From NCBI RefSeq assembly GCF_013149785.1, contig NZ_JABEZU010000001.1:1054001-1118000 (forward strand): a stretch of 64,000 bases of DNA, in the 5' to 3' direction. The notes under the pieces were generated by a model. That model was not told where the DNA came from. It saw only the letters and a list, made by a program, of their open reading frames with translations, and ran no database searches. Source of the stretch: Isoptericola halotolerans (GTDB taxonomy: Bacteria > Actinomycetota > Actinomycetes > Actinomycetales > Cellulomonadaceae). Position 1 is the first letter of the stretch, and each line of letters starts with the position of its first letter. The position numbers and the translations under genes were made by a program. This document shows, piece after piece, positions 17,041 through 28,471 of this stretch.

Positions 17041-17792
17041 GCGCGTCGCTGCTGTCGTTGCGCGGCGTGCGCAAGACCTATCCCGGCCCCGGCAGGGGGG
17101 CGGCGCCCAAGGTCGTGCTCGACGGCGTCGACCTCGACGTCACCGAGCACGAGTGCGTCGTGCTGATCGGGGCGTCGGGGTCCGGCAAGTCGACCCTGCT
17201 GCGGGTGATCGACCTGCTCGAGGAGGTCGACGACGGCCAGGTGCTCCTCGACGGTGTCGACGTGGCCGACCCGTGGGTGGACGCGAACGCTGCCCGGGCA
17301 CGCATGGCGATGGTGTTCCAGCAGTACAACCTGTTCCCGCACCTGCGCGTCCTCGACAACGTCACCCTCGCGCTCCGGCTGGTGCACGGCCGCGGCCGGG
17401 CGGAGGCCGCGGCGTCCGGCCTGGCCATGCTGGAGAAGGTGGGGCTGGCGCACAAGGCACGTGCCTACCCGGACGAGCTCTCGGGCGGGGAGCAGCAGCG
17501 AGCGGCCATCGCGCGGGCGCTGGTCGGCGCGCCGGAGCTGCTGCTCCTGGACGAGGTGACCTCCGCGCTCGACCCCGAGCTGGTGGGCGAGGTCCTCGAC
17601 CTGCTGGTCGCGCTGCGCGACGAGGGCACGACGATGGTGGTCGCCACGCACGAGATGGGGTTCGCACGCGAGGTCGCCGACGAGGTGGTGTTCCTGCACG
17701 ACGGCCAGGTCCACGAACGTGGTACCCCGGCACAGGTGCTCGACGACCCGCAGCGGGAGCGTACCCGCGACTTCCTGCGTCGCCTGCGCTGA
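17037..17792 (+). CDS. Polar amino-acid ABC transporter ATPase (GlnQ-like)
   Basis: GASGSGKST, VFQQYNLFPH, LSGGEQQR, LLLDEVTSALDPE; ATGA overlap with the permease. Confidence 0.93.
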   Translation: MSASLLSLRGVRKTYPGPGRGAAPKVVLDGVDLDVTEHECVVLIGASGSGKSTLLRVIDLLEEVDDGQVLLDGVDVADPWVDANAARARMAMVFQQYNLFPHLRVLDNVTLALRLVHGRGRAEAAASGLAMLEKVGLAHKARAYPDELSGGEQQRAAIARALVGAPELLLLDEVTSALDPELVGEVLDLLVALRDEGTTMVVATHEMGFAREVADEVVFLHDGQVHERGTPAQVLDDPQRERTRDFLRRLR

Positions 17793-17816
17793 GGCTCCGG
17801 AGGGCGTGCTCGCGGC

Positions 17817-18197
17817 TCAGGCCCCGTAGGCGTCCTTGACCACCAGGACGGGCACGGGGGAGTCGAGCAGGACCCGTTGCGTCGTGGTTCCCATGAGGAA
17901 CGTGCCCTGGCTGGAGCGCTTGCGCGAACCGAGGACGACGAGCGTCGCCCCGGTCGACTCGGCGGCGTCCAGGATGGCGTCCGCGGGCTCGGTGAGCTCG
18001 TCGCGGGAGGTCACGACCGGGACGGCGCCGGCGTCGGCCAGCAGGGCCGTCAGCTCCGGGGGCGACGGGACGTCGGCAGGTTGCGGGTCCAGCACGAGCA
18101 CGTGCAGCGGCAGGTCGCGACGCTCGGCCTCCGCCAGCGCCGCGCGGACTGCCGCCTCGCCGTGCGGGGAGACGTTGTAGGCCACGAGCACGGTCAT
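17817..18197 (-). CDS. Universal stress protein
   Basis: ADAIL...LVVLGSRKRS...LMGTTTQRVLLDSPVPVLVV. Confidence 0.9.
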   Translation of the reverse strand: MTVLVAYNVSPHGEAAVRAALAEAERRDLPLHVLVLDPQPADVPSPPELTALLADAGAVPVVTSRDELTEPADAILDAAESTGATLVVLGSRKRSSQGTFLMGTTTQRVLLDSPVPVLVVKDAYGA

Positions 18198-18210
18198 GGG
18201 ACCAACTCTG

Positions 18211-19326
18211 TCACACCTGTCGCCGCCCGCGGCGCAGCCCCAGCTCGTAGGCCGCCAGGGCGACGAGCCACACGGCCGTCACCGGCAGCACGAACCAGAG
18301 CATGGTGGCGCTGAAGGGTTGCAGCGCGGCGTGCTCGGTGGCGGCCAGCAGGACGAACGTGAGGTAGGCGAGGTACAGGGCCACGAAGAGGGCGCCCTCC
18401 CAACGCTTGATGATCTGTCCGGTGAAGGCCACCGGCAGCAGCGCCAGGGCGACCGCCACCATGAGCGGCAGATCGAAGTGCACGGCTGCGGGATCGACGC
18501 CGATCCCGCCCGGCGAGATGACGGCGGTCAGCCCCAGGACGGCGCCGATGTTGAAGATGTTGCTGCCCACGATGTTCCCGACCGCCAGGTCTCGCTCGCC
18601 CCGCCGCACGGCGATGATGCTCGTGGCGAGCTCGGGCAGCGAGGTCCCCACGGCGACGACCGTCAGCCCGATGACGAGCTCGCTCACCCCGAAGGTCGTG
18701 GCGATCTCGGTGGCCGCCCGCACGAGGAGCTGGGCGCCGGTCACCAGCAGCGCCACCCCGACCGCGACCAGCACCACGTCGACCAGGACGGAGCGTGCAC
18801 GGGTGGTGCGGAACCGGCTCGTGGCGCCCTGACCGCCGGCGGTGTCCTCGGGCGCCGGCGGTCGGTCGGTCCAGCCGCGCCGGGAGCGCAGCACCGTGAC
18901 GACGACGTAGCCGACCAGCAGCACGAGCAGCACGACGCCGTCCACGGTGCTGATCGTGCCGTCGAGGGCGAGCACCAGCGCGAGGACGGACAGCGCGATC
19001 ATCACCGGGATGTCGGTGCGGACGACGCGGGAGGTGACCGCCAGCGGGACGACGATCGCCGAGATGCCCAGGACCAGCAGGATGTTGGCGATGTTGCTGC
19101 CGACGACGTTGCCGATCGCCAGGCCGGGGGAGCCCGACAGCGCTGCGCCGGCGCTGACGGCGAGCTCGGGGCTCGACGTCGCGAAGGACACCACCGTCAG
19201 TCCGACCACCAGGGCGGACATCCCCATCGTGCGCGCGAGGGAGGCTGCCCCGCGGACGAGGGACTCCCCGCCGCCGACGAGCAGCACGAAGCCGGCGAGG
19301 AGCAGCAGGACGCTCGAGAGGCTCAC
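18211..19326 (-). CDS. Calcium/sodium antiporter (YrbG-like)
   Basis: Two alpha repeats: TSSPEL...GNVVGSNIAN and GTSLPEL...GNIVGSNIFN. Confidence 0.93.
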   Translation of the reverse strand: MSLSSVLLLLAGFVLLVGGGESLVRGAASLARTMGMSALVVGLTVVSFATSSPELAVSAGAALSGSPGLAIGNVVGSNIANILLVLGISAIVVPLAVTSRVVRTDIPVMIALSVLALVLALDGTISTVDGVVLLVLLVGYVVVTVLRSRRGWTDRPPAPEDTAGGQGATSRFRTTRARSVLVDVVLVAVGVALLVTGAQLLVRAATEIATTFGVSELVIGLTVVAVGTSLPELATSIIAVRRGERDLAVGNIVGSNIFNIGAVLGLTAVISPGGIGVDPAAVHFDLPLMVAVALALLPVAFTGQIIKRWEGALFVALYLAYLTFVLLAATEHAALQPFSATMLWFVLPVTAVWLVALAAYELGLRRGRRQV

Positions 19327-19393
19327 GCGCCCAGGGTACGGGCGGGTGAGCCTCTCGGCGGGTCGGGCACAGGGAGCAGCGCGGGGAGTCCCG

Positions 19394-19849
19394 TCAGGAC
19401 GCTGCCAGCTGTTCGACGACCTGGCGCTTGGCGCGGGTCAGCATCCCTGCCATCCCGTTGAGGCGCAGCGCGCTGACCGCGCGGGTCAGGCCGAGCTGCA
19501 GCGGGAACTCCTCGGGCACGTCGAGGACCTGCCGGGGCGTGAGTCCGGACAGGCCCTGCGCCAGGATCGAGGCGAAGCCCCGGGTGGTGGGGGCCTCCGG
19601 CGGGGCCGAGGCGTAGAAGTGCACGACGTCGCCGTCCACCTCCGCGAAGGCGCGCACCGGTGACTGGCACTCCTCGACCTTCTCCAGCAGGCCGGGTGCC
19701 AGGGCGTACCGCTCGGGCAGCTCGGGCAGCTCGCGGGAGAACTCGAGCAGGAGCTGGAGCCGGTCGGGCTCGCTCAGCGCCAGGAAGTCCTCGCGGATCT
19801 CGGCGAGCTGTGCGGGCAGCTCGGCGGTGGTGGGCGCGTCGTCGGTCAT
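19394..19849 (-). CDS. sufE: SufE family sulfur acceptor
   Basis: VEECQSPV, APPEAPTTRGFASIL, LRLNGM. Confidence 0.9.
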   Translation of the reverse strand: MTDDAPTTAELPAQLAEIREDFLALSEPDRLQLLLEFSRELPELPERYALAPGLLEKVEECQSPVRAFAEVDGDVVHFYASAPPEAPTTRGFASILAQGLSGLTPRQVLDVPEEFPLQLGLTRAVSALRLNGMAGMLTRAKRQVVEQLAAS

Positions 19850-19878
19850 GGTCCCAGTGTCCCTCAGGTGCCCCGGTC

Positions 19879-20802
19879 TCAGGCGGCCCGGCGCGGTGCC
19901 TCGCCCGGCTGGTCGCCGGCGACGATCGGCACGCGCACCGCGTTGCCCCACTCGGTCCAGGAGCCGTCGTAGTTGCGCACGTCCGTCAGGCCCAGGAGGA
20001 AGTGCAGCGCGAACCAGGTGTGGCTGGAGCGCTCGCCGATGCGGCAGTAGGTGATGACCTTGTCCTCGGCGCGGATGCCGAGCCCGCCCTCGGAGGGGTC
20101 GGAGAGGTAGATCTTCTCGAGCTCGGCGCGCGGCTTGTAGGTGCCGTCCTCGGCCACGGCCGTGGCCCAGGGGACGTTGTGCGCGGTGGGGATGTGGCCG
20201 CCGCGCAGCACACCCTCCTCGGGGTAGTCCGGGATGTGCAGGCGCTCGCCGGTGAACTCCTGCGGCGAGCGGATGTCCACGAGCGGGCCGTTGCCGAGGT
20301 GGGCGAGCACGTCCTCCTTGAACGCGCGGAAGGTGGAGTCGTCGCGGTCCACGGCGGGGTAGCCCGCCGGCTCGGGCGCGGGCACGTCGGTGGTCAGCTC
20401 CCGGCCCTCGGCGACCCACAGGTTGCGGCCGCCGTCGAGGAGGCGGACGTCCTCGTGCCCGAACAGGGTGAAGACCCAGGCGGTGTAGGCGGCCCACCAG
20501 TTGTTCTTGTCGCCGTACAGCACGATGGTCGTGTCGCGCCCGATGCCCTTGGAGCCGAGCAGGTCGGCGAACCCGGGGCCGTCGAGGTAGTCGCGCTCCA
20601 CCGGGAGCAGGAGGTCGGTGTGCCAGTCGACCTTGACCGCGCCCGGGATGTGGCCGGTCTCGTAGAGCAGCACGTCCTCGTCGGACTCGACGACCACGAG
20701 GCCGGGGTCGTCGAGGTGGTCGGCGAGCCACTCGGTGGTGACGAGGCGCTCGGGGTGGGCGTACTCCTGCAGGCGGGGGTTCGGGTCCAGGGGTGCGGGC
20801 AT
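19879..20802 (-). CDS. sseA: Rhodanese-type sulfurtransferase (SseA/CysA family)
   Basis: [47 protein letters not shown]. Confidence 0.93.
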   Translation of the reverse strand: MPAPLDPNPRLQEYAHPERLVTTEWLADHLDDPGLVVVESDEDVLLYETGHIPGAVKVDWHTDLLLPVERDYLDGPGFADLLGSKGIGRDTTIVLYGDKNNWWAAYTAWVFTLFGHEDVRLLDGGRNLWVAEGRELTTDVPAPEPAGYPAVDRDDSTFRAFKEDVLAHLGNGPLVDIRSPQEFTGERLHIPDYPEEGVLRGGHIPTAHNVPWATAVAEDGTYKPRAELEKIYLSDPSEGGLGIRAEDKVITYCRIGERSSHTWFALHFLLGLTDVRNYDGSWTEWGNAVRVPIVAGDQPGEAPRRAA

Positions 20803-20994
20803 GGTGTCCTCCGGTGGGTGCGTGGTCGGTGCCGCGTGGTCTGCCCACACCCTAGGCAGGCATCCACCAGCGACGACACCCGCCGTCCATGATGTGGGAC
20901 CAGGATGTGAGACAGGTGCGCACGACGGGCGGTCGCGGCCGGCGCGCGGCTGCCTACACTGACAGCACCACCGCACGACGACGTCGGAGGCGCC

Positions 20995-22281
20995 ATGCTG
21001 GACCCCGTTGCCGGGCAGGAGCCCGCCGCTCCTCGCACGCCCCCTGCGGGCCCCGCCCGCACGGCCCGGCGCGACCGGCGTTCGGTGCGTACCGCCTACG
21101 ACAGGTTCCTCGGCACGGGGTCCCTCGCACCCGGGATCGACCCCCTCGTGGCCGCCTCCTGGCGACGCAGCCTGCTCAGCGGCGTCGACCCCGACGCGCC
21201 GCACGCGGACGGCGGGATCGACGACCGCGCGCTCGACGACTACCGCACGACCCACCCGCTGGCACCGTTCATGCCGCTCGTCCGCGACCTCGTCGTCGAC
21301 CCCGCCCGTGACGACGGGCTGGTCGTCGCGATCGGCGACGACGTCGGCCGGCTCCTGTGGGTCGAGGGCGACACCCGCACCCGCACGACGGCGGAACGGG
21401 TCGGGTTCGTCGCCGGAGCGCTCTGGCGCGAGGAGGACGTCGGCACCAACGCCCCCGGCACGGCCCTGGCCACCCGGCGGGCCGTCCAGGTGCTGGGCGC
21501 CGAGCACTTCTCCCGACCGGTCCAGTCGCTCAACTGTGCCGCCGCGCCCATCCGCACCCCCGACGGTCAGGTCCTCGGTGTGCTGGACGTGACCGGGGGC
21601 CGCGCCGCCGCCTCACGGGTCGTGCTCTCCCTCGTCCGGGCGACCGTCGCCAGCCTCGAGCGTGAGCTCGCCGGGCGTGGCCCGGCTCCCGTCGCCCGCG
21701 CCGGCAGCACCCCTGTGCTGCGGCTCCTCGGCGCACCGGTCCTCCGCGGTTCCCACGGCGACCAGCGGCTCTCGCCGCGGCACGCCGAGATCCTCGCGCT
21801 GCTCGGCGCCCACCCCCGGGGGGTCACCGCCGAGGAGCTCGCCGTGCTGCTGCACCCCGGTGACCTGTCCGACGTCGCGGTCCGCGCCGAGATCTCCCGC
21901 CTGCGCCGGGCCGCCGCCGGGATCGTCACCGGCTCGCGCCCCTACCGGCTCGCCCCCGGCGCACGCAGCGACGTCGACGTCGTGCGCGAGCTCCTCGCCG
22001 TCGGACGGACCACGCAGGCGCTCGCCGTCTACTCCGGACCGCTGCTGCCCCGCTCGGTCGCCCCCGGTGTCGAACGCCTGCGGGCCGAGCTGACCGCGGA
22101 GGTGCGCTCCGCCGTCGTCGGCAGCGCCGACCCGGCCGCCCTCGACGCCTGGACCAGGACGGACGAAGGTGCCGACGACGTGGAGGCCTGGGCGCTCCTG
22201 GTGCGCCGTGCCGATCACGGCAGCCCGCTGTGGCACCGTGCGCGAGCCCACCTCGCCGTCGTCGACGCGGCCCTGCGTTGA
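20995..22281 (+). CDS. GAF-domain transcriptional regulator
   Basis: [47 protein letters not shown] (HTH). Confidence 0.88.
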   Translation: MLDPVAGQEPAAPRTPPAGPARTARRDRRSVRTAYDRFLGTGSLAPGIDPLVAASWRRSLLSGVDPDAPHADGGIDDRALDDYRTTHPLAPFMPLVRDLVVDPARDDGLVVAIGDDVGRLLWVEGDTRTRTTAERVGFVAGALWREEDVGTNAPGTALATRRAVQVLGAEHFSRPVQSLNCAAAPIRTPDGQVLGVLDVTGGRAAASRVVLSLVRATVASLERELAGRGPAPVARAGSTPVLRLLGAPVLRGSHGDQRLSPRHAEILALLGAHPRGVTAEELAVLLHPGDLSDVAVRAEISRLRRAAAGIVTGSRPYRLAPGARSDVDVVRELLAVGRTTQALAVYSGPLLPRSVAPGVERLRAELTAEVRSAVVGSADPAALDAWTRTDEGADDVEAWALLVRRADHGSPLWHRARAHLAVVDAALR

Positions 22282-22314
22282 GCGTCACAGCGCGGCGCTC
22301 CCCTCACCCCGGCC

Positions 22315-22350
22315 GCTGCAACGAGGCTGCAACCCTCCGCCGCCTAGCGT
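22315..22350 (+). promoter_or_regulatory. Direct-repeat operator and -10 element of the aldehyde dehydrogenase gene
   Basis: gctgcaac-gag-gctgcaac (11-bp period, 22315-22333), then TAGCGT (22345-22350). Confidence 0.55.
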
Positions 22351-22432
22351 GAGCGCCACGGCGCGAGGAAGCGCCGTCGTCGGGCCCAGGGAGCCGACCG
22401 GGCCGACGCGAGTGCGCGAGGAGGCAGCACGC

Positions 22433-23956
<1,524 letters not shown>

Positions 23957-23959
23957 GCC

Positions 23960-24373
23960 ATGGCCGAGGCGACACGCGTCGCCGTCACCGGCGCCGCGGC
24001 CGAGCTCCTCGCTCGGCTGCGGCGCCGCCACGGCGAGCTGATGTTCCACCAGTCCGGCGGCTGCTGCGACGGGTCCAGCCCCATGTGCTACCCGGACGGC
24101 GACTTCCTCACCGGGGACGCGGACGTCCACCTGGGCGACCTGACGGTGGCGGACAGCGCGGACGGGCCCGGTGCCGGCGGGACCGGTACCTCGTTCACCG
24201 TGCCGGTCTGGATGAGCCGGGCCCAGTTCGAGTACTGGAGCCACACCCACCTGACGATCGACGTCGTGCCCGGGCGTGGCGCCGGGTTCAGCGTGGAGGC
24301 ACCCGAGGGGGTGCGGTTCCTCATCCGCTCACGGTTGTTCACGGACGCCGAGGCCGCGGCCCTGCGCGACTGA
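23960..24373 (+). CDS. DUF779 family protein
   Basis: LMFHQSGGCCDGSSPMC, QFEYWSHTHLTIDVVPGRGAGFS. Confidence 0.93.
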   Translation: MAEATRVAVTGAAAELLARLRRRHGELMFHQSGGCCDGSSPMCYPDGDFLTGDADVHLGDLTVADSADGPGAGGTGTSFTVPVWMSRAQFEYWSHTHLTIDVVPGRGAGFSVEAPEGVRFLIRSRLFTDAEAAALRD

Positions 24374-24446
24374 CGGCGTCTCCATCGGGGGCCGGGGGGC
24401 CCGACGGGGTACCGCGCCACCACCCCGACCCGCTATGTTGCACTTC

Positions 24447-25484
24447 GTGAGCACCGAAGCAGAGGCCTTCCCGTCCGTCTCGTCGTTGCCGGCATGGCTC
24501 GTCCCGTCCGTGTACCTGAACTGGTCCACCGACTGGCTGAACGAGTCCATCGCGATCGCGACCCGTTCCTCCACGCACACCCTGCCGGGCGGACCGGACG
24601 GTCCCAAGCGGGGCGACGTCGTCGTCACCGTGCTGGGTGACGCGGGTGTCGTGGCCTCCGTGGAGCTCATGGGATCGTCCGACGGGGACTCCTGGGTCAC
24701 CGACGAGCTGTTCGGACCCGACCGGCCGATCGTGTGGGCCGACCTCTTCGACGGCGCAGACGCCTACATCGGCTCGTCCGGGTGGCTGCCCGCCGAGCAC
24801 GCCCGCGCCGTCCTGGACGGCGTCGCGAACCAGTTCCACGACGGCCCGGTGCACACCATCGACCCGGGTGACTGCGCCGAGGGCACGGCAGCCCCCGACG
24901 TGCACGTGCTGCGCGTCCTCGGCCACCGCGCCGTCTCCGGCTGGGCGATGCGCCGCGAGGAGCGCTGCGCCACCTGCGAGCGGTTCGTCGACGTGCACGA
25001 GCTGCAGGCGCACGACGACGGCGCGGTCCGGCTCGGCACCACGACGGCCGGGGGGCGCACCCTCGAGCAGGTTATCCGCGACGTGCACCTGATGTGCTCG
25101 CCGTGCCACGAGCTGATGCACGCACACTCCGTCTCCGCCCAGCGCGCACGCCTGCGCCCGCAGTGCCCCGGCTGCGGGGTCCGCGGCCGGACCAAGCGCA
25201 TCGTGTGGGGCATGACCTTCTCCGACGACGTCGTCAGCTCCGAGCCCGACGTCGTGTACGGCGGCTTCGAGGTCCCCGTCCCGGCGCCCGACTGGTACTG
25301 CACCGAGTGCCACGCCAACTTCGGCACCACCGTCGTCGCGACCCGGGTGCTGGACTCCGAGGGCCCGGCCGTGCCGCAGCCGGTCACGGGCGCGATCACC
25401 CGTGTCGGCGAGGTCGACCTCGAGGCGCCCCCCGCCGAGCCGGACGGCGTCGAGACGCGCTGGGAGCCCGTCGAAGGCGTCTGA
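24447..25484 (+). CDS. Hypothetical protein with HNH-like Zn-binding domain and C-terminal Zn ribbon
   Basis: CATC...ELQAH...LMCSPCHELMH, then CPGCG...IVWG...WYCTEC; leaderless GTG after TATGTT. Confidence 0.7.
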   Translation: MSTEAEAFPSVSSLPAWLVPSVYLNWSTDWLNESIAIATRSSTHTLPGGPDGPKRGDVVVTVLGDAGVVASVELMGSSDGDSWVTDELFGPDRPIVWADLFDGADAYIGSSGWLPAEHARAVLDGVANQFHDGPVHTIDPGDCAEGTAAPDVHVLRVLGHRAVSGWAMRREERCATCERFVDVHELQAHDDGAVRLGTTTAGGRTLEQVIRDVHLMCSPCHELMHAHSVSAQRARLRPQCPGCGVRGRTKRIVWGMTFSDDVVSSEPDVVYGGFEVPVPAPDWYCTECHANFGTTVVATRVLDSEGPAVPQPVTGAITRVGEVDLEAPPAEPDGVETRWEPVEGV

Positions 25485-25488
25485 TCGC

Positions 25489-25548
25489 TTCGGTACGACG
25501 CGGCCGGGTCGGCACACCTGCTTGCCGACCCGGCCGCGTCGTACCGAA
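25489..25548. repeat. Perfect 26-bp-arm inverted repeat (REP-like / bidirectional terminator)
   Basis: ttcggtacgacgcggccgggtcggca-cacctgct-tgccgacccggccgcgtcgtaccgaa. Confidence 0.9.
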
Positions 25549-25568
25549 CAGATCGTCGAAGCCGCTGA

Positions 25569-26045
25569 TCAGGCAGCGACCGGTCTGGCGCGTCGATGGC
25601 GCCGGACGAGTCCGTGGTCGAACGGCGGCACGTACGGGGCCAGCCGCAGCGGCATCCCCGCCTCGAGCGGGGTGCGGTCCGCCTTGCGATGGTTGCAGGG
25701 CCGGCAGGCCGCGACGAGGTTCAGCCACGAGCTCTCGCCACCACGGGAGCGGGGGATCACGTGGTCGACCGTCTGCGCCGGACCTCCGCAATAGGCGCAC
25801 GCACCGTCGCGACGTTTGATGCCGTCCTTGGTGACCGCCGGGCGGCCACCTCCCCGGTAGAGCCACCGCATGGTCACGTAGCGCACCAGGCGCAGCACCC
25901 GGGGCAACGGGTAGGGACCGAAGGACTCGCCCTCGACGAACTCCTCGACGACCGCGACCTCACGGACCAGCATCGTGATGGCGTGCTTGACCGACACCCG
26001 GTGCAGCGGCTCGTAGCCGGCGTTGAGGACCAGCACGTCGGCCAC
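25569..26045 (-). CDS. HNH endonuclease (McrA/Rv2469c-like)
   Basis: VLVLNAGYEPL, CAYCG, TVDHVIPRSRGG, WLNLVAACRPCNHRKADRTP; SD ggaggg. Confidence 0.92.
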   Translation of the reverse strand: MADVLVLNAGYEPLHRVSVKHAITMLVREVAVVEEFVEGESFGPYPLPRVLRLVRYVTMRWLYRGGGRPAVTKDGIKRRDGACAYCGGPAQTVDHVIPRSRGGESSWLNLVAACRPCNHRKADRTPLEAGMPLRLAPYVPPFDHGLVRRHRRARPVAA

Positions 26046-26349
26046 GGTCCTGCTCCCTCCTGCGTCGCACCGGCCTGGTCGGGACGGTGCGGGTCTCGGC
26101 GGCTCCCTCGGTCGGACGGGTGACTCGGGCACGGCGCTCCCGGACAGGACCGCCGGACGGGCGCCCTGTGGCGTCCGTCACGGAAAATGTAAGGGCACGG
26201 CGCGTGGAGGTCCAGGCCTTTGAGGGTGGTTCTCCGCTGCTGCCGACGCCGGATGTCCCGGTTCGGGTCATGATGCGCGTTTCGCGCACTCCGTGTCGGC
26301 GCGCGGGAGATGCCGCGCGCCGCAGAGCGAGATCGCGTTCACTGGGCAG

Positions 26350-27438
26350 ATGGACACCCGGTGGAAGGCTGCGCGTGGGCGGGTCGGCGACTGGCTCCGG
26401 TCGCCGGTGAACCAGGTGGACCTCCTGCAGACGGCGAAGGCCGCGGCCGCCACGATGATCGCCTGGGCGCTCGCGGAGATGGTGCTCGAGCTGCACCAGG
26501 CGTTCCTCGCGCCGTGGGTGGCGCTCCTGACGGTCCACGCCACCGTCTACCGCACGTTCTGGCGTGGCACGCAGACGGTGCTGGCCGTCGGGACCGGCAT
26601 CCTGGTGTCCCTCGTCGTGGTCCAGGCGTTCGGGACCACCGTCCTGTCCTTCGGGCTGGCCCTGGTGGTGGCGCTGGTCCTCGCCCGCGCCCCGCTCTAC
26701 CGCGACGAGGGCATCACGATCGCGACGACGGTGCTGTTCATCATCACCGTCGGCTACGACTCCTCGACGGAGCAGACGATCGACCTGCTGCCCGACCGGC
26801 TGCTCTCCACCGCGATCGGCGTGGTCGTCGCCCTGGCCGTCAACGCGCTGGTCCTTCCCCCGCTCAACGACCGCAGCGCGCAGCAGCAGATCGACGCGGT
26901 CGACCGAGCCCTCGGAGCCCTTCTCGTCGGCATGGCGACCCAGCTCCGCCGCGAGTCGGAGGATCAGGAGGAGGACGACTGGATCGAACGCACCCGCGAG
27001 ATCTCGGACGACGTCGAGCGGGCCTGGTCGCTCGTGCGCACCGCGAGGGAGAGCGGTTCGTGGAACCCACGGCGCCGACGCCATCCCGGCGACGAGCTCG
27101 AGAACTACCCACAGGTGCTGATGCGGCTCGAGGAGGGTGTGTCGACCACACGGAGCATCGCCCGCCTGGTGCGTGAGTCCGACCGCGACGCCGAGACCTG
27201 GGACACCGAGTTCCGCGACCGGTACACCGATCTGCTCGCCGAGGTCGGGCGTCGCATCGCGCAGCCGGAACCCGACGTCGCCACGTTGGGGAACGACCTG
27301 CGCACCCTCGCGAGGGACATGTCGACGGAAGATCTCTCGGGAAAGCTGTGGCCGCTCTACGGAGCACTCATCGCGAACCTGCAGATGATCGTCGACGTGG
27401 TGGACGACGTGGCGACCGCGCGGCCGGTGCGGACCTGA
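26350..27438 (+). CDS. FUSC/aromatic acid exporter family membrane protein
   Basis: KAAAATMIAW, FLAPWVALLTVHATVYRTF, RLLSTAIG...VNALVLPP; helical C-terminus. Confidence 0.82.
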   Translation: MDTRWKAARGRVGDWLRSPVNQVDLLQTAKAAAATMIAWALAEMVLELHQAFLAPWVALLTVHATVYRTFWRGTQTVLAVGTGILVSLVVVQAFGTTVLSFGLALVVALVLARAPLYRDEGITIATTVLFIITVGYDSSTEQTIDLLPDRLLSTAIGVVVALAVNALVLPPLNDRSAQQQIDAVDRALGALLVGMATQLRRESEDQEEDDWIERTREISDDVERAWSLVRTARESGSWNPRRRRHPGDELENYPQVLMRLEEGVSTTRSIARLVRESDRDAETWDTEFRDRYTDLLAEVGRRIAQPEPDVATLGNDLRTLARDMSTEDLSGKLWPLYGALIANLQMIVDVVDDVATARPVRT

Positions 27439-27461
27439 CGGCACGCGGCCGCCGGCGCCCG

Positions 27462-27490
27462 GTGCCGTGGCCCCGAGTGCCGTGGCCCCG
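27462..27490. repeat. 2 x 14-bp direct repeat
   Basis: gtgccgtggccccg-a-gtgccgtggccccg between convergent genes. Confidence 0.7.
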
Positions 27491-27494
27491 GAGG

Positions 27495-28412
27495 TCAGCG
27501 GCCGGACGCGACCTCGCGGAGGCGTTCGACGGCCTCCCGTGCGGTGTCGAGGTGCTCGGCCCCGCGGCGTGCCGCCGCCCGCGCGAGCCTGTCGTACGGG
27601 CCCCGGTCCCCGCCGTCGTCGGCCACCGCGTCGGCGACCGCTGTCACGTGGGCGGCGAGCTGGAACGCGTCGCGATGGTCGCCCAAGGTGGACTGCACCC
27701 GCTGGCCGGCCGCACCCAGCTCCCGGGCGGTCCCGCCGAGCGCCCTGGTGGGCTTCCGGGTCACCGCGCGGGCCGCGTGGGACACCCGGCGACCGGCCTT
27801 GCGCAGCCGGTGGGCTGCGGCGGACAGGTCCTCCAGCTCGTCTCCCGAGGCCGTGCTCAACCGTTCGAGGTCGACGTCCTCGGCGGTCCGCAGCGCCTTC
27901 GCGACCGCCTTGTCGAGGCGCCGTCGTGCCACCTTGCGCGCCGGGTCGTCCGCCTTCGGACCCCGCGGGGGGTCGGCCACCCAGCGCACGAGGGCGGCGG
28001 TGAGGTCGGCCATCTCCGGGCCGTTCAACCACTCCACCAGCCGGCGGTGGGCGGCGTCGTGGCGGCGGGTGAGGTCGTCGACCAGGTGACGGCGTGCCTC
28101 GACCGACACCCGCGCGCCGGCGCCCACGGCGTCGACGTCGGCGATCCGGACCTCCAGGTCGCGGACCTCTCCCAGGAGGTCGCCGAGCACCGTGAGCCGG
28201 TCGCGCAGGGCGTCCGCCTCCCGCTTGCCGAACACCGGGCGATAGACGGTCAGCACGGTGCGCAGCCTGCGGACCGCGGTGCGCAGGCGGTGGACGCCGT
28301 CGGGCTCGTCGGACAGCGCGGCCGGGACGCGCTGCTCGGTGCGGCGGACGTGCTCGGCCACCACCGCGGCGAACAGCTCACCGGCGGTGCTGGAGCTCCA
28401 GGGGTGCGACAT
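27495..28412 (-). CDS. CHAD domain protein (polyphosphate-binding)
   Basis: VHRLRTAVRRLRT, LGEVRDLEV, HRLRKAGRR, QSTLGDHRD. Confidence 0.88.
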   Translation of the reverse strand: MSHPWSSSTAGELFAAVVAEHVRRTEQRVPAALSDEPDGVHRLRTAVRRLRTVLTVYRPVFGKREADALRDRLTVLGDLLGEVRDLEVRIADVDAVGAGARVSVEARRHLVDDLTRRHDAAHRRLVEWLNGPEMADLTAALVRWVADPPRGPKADDPARKVARRRLDKAVAKALRTAEDVDLERLSTASGDELEDLSAAAHRLRKAGRRVSHAARAVTRKPTRALGGTARELGAAGQRVQSTLGDHRDAFQLAAHVTAVADAVADDGGDRGPYDRLARAAARRGAEHLDTAREAVERLREVASGR

Positions 28413-28471
28413 CCGTCCACGCTACGTGGTTCGTGAAGGGGAGGGTCGTTCCTCGTCGGTTGCCGGCGCCA

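Noticed and set aside
25569..26045. HNH gene as an IscB/Cas9-like RNA-guided nuclease
   Set aside because: Only 158 aa, with no RuvC motifs, PLMP domain or array; matches the stand-alone HNH family.
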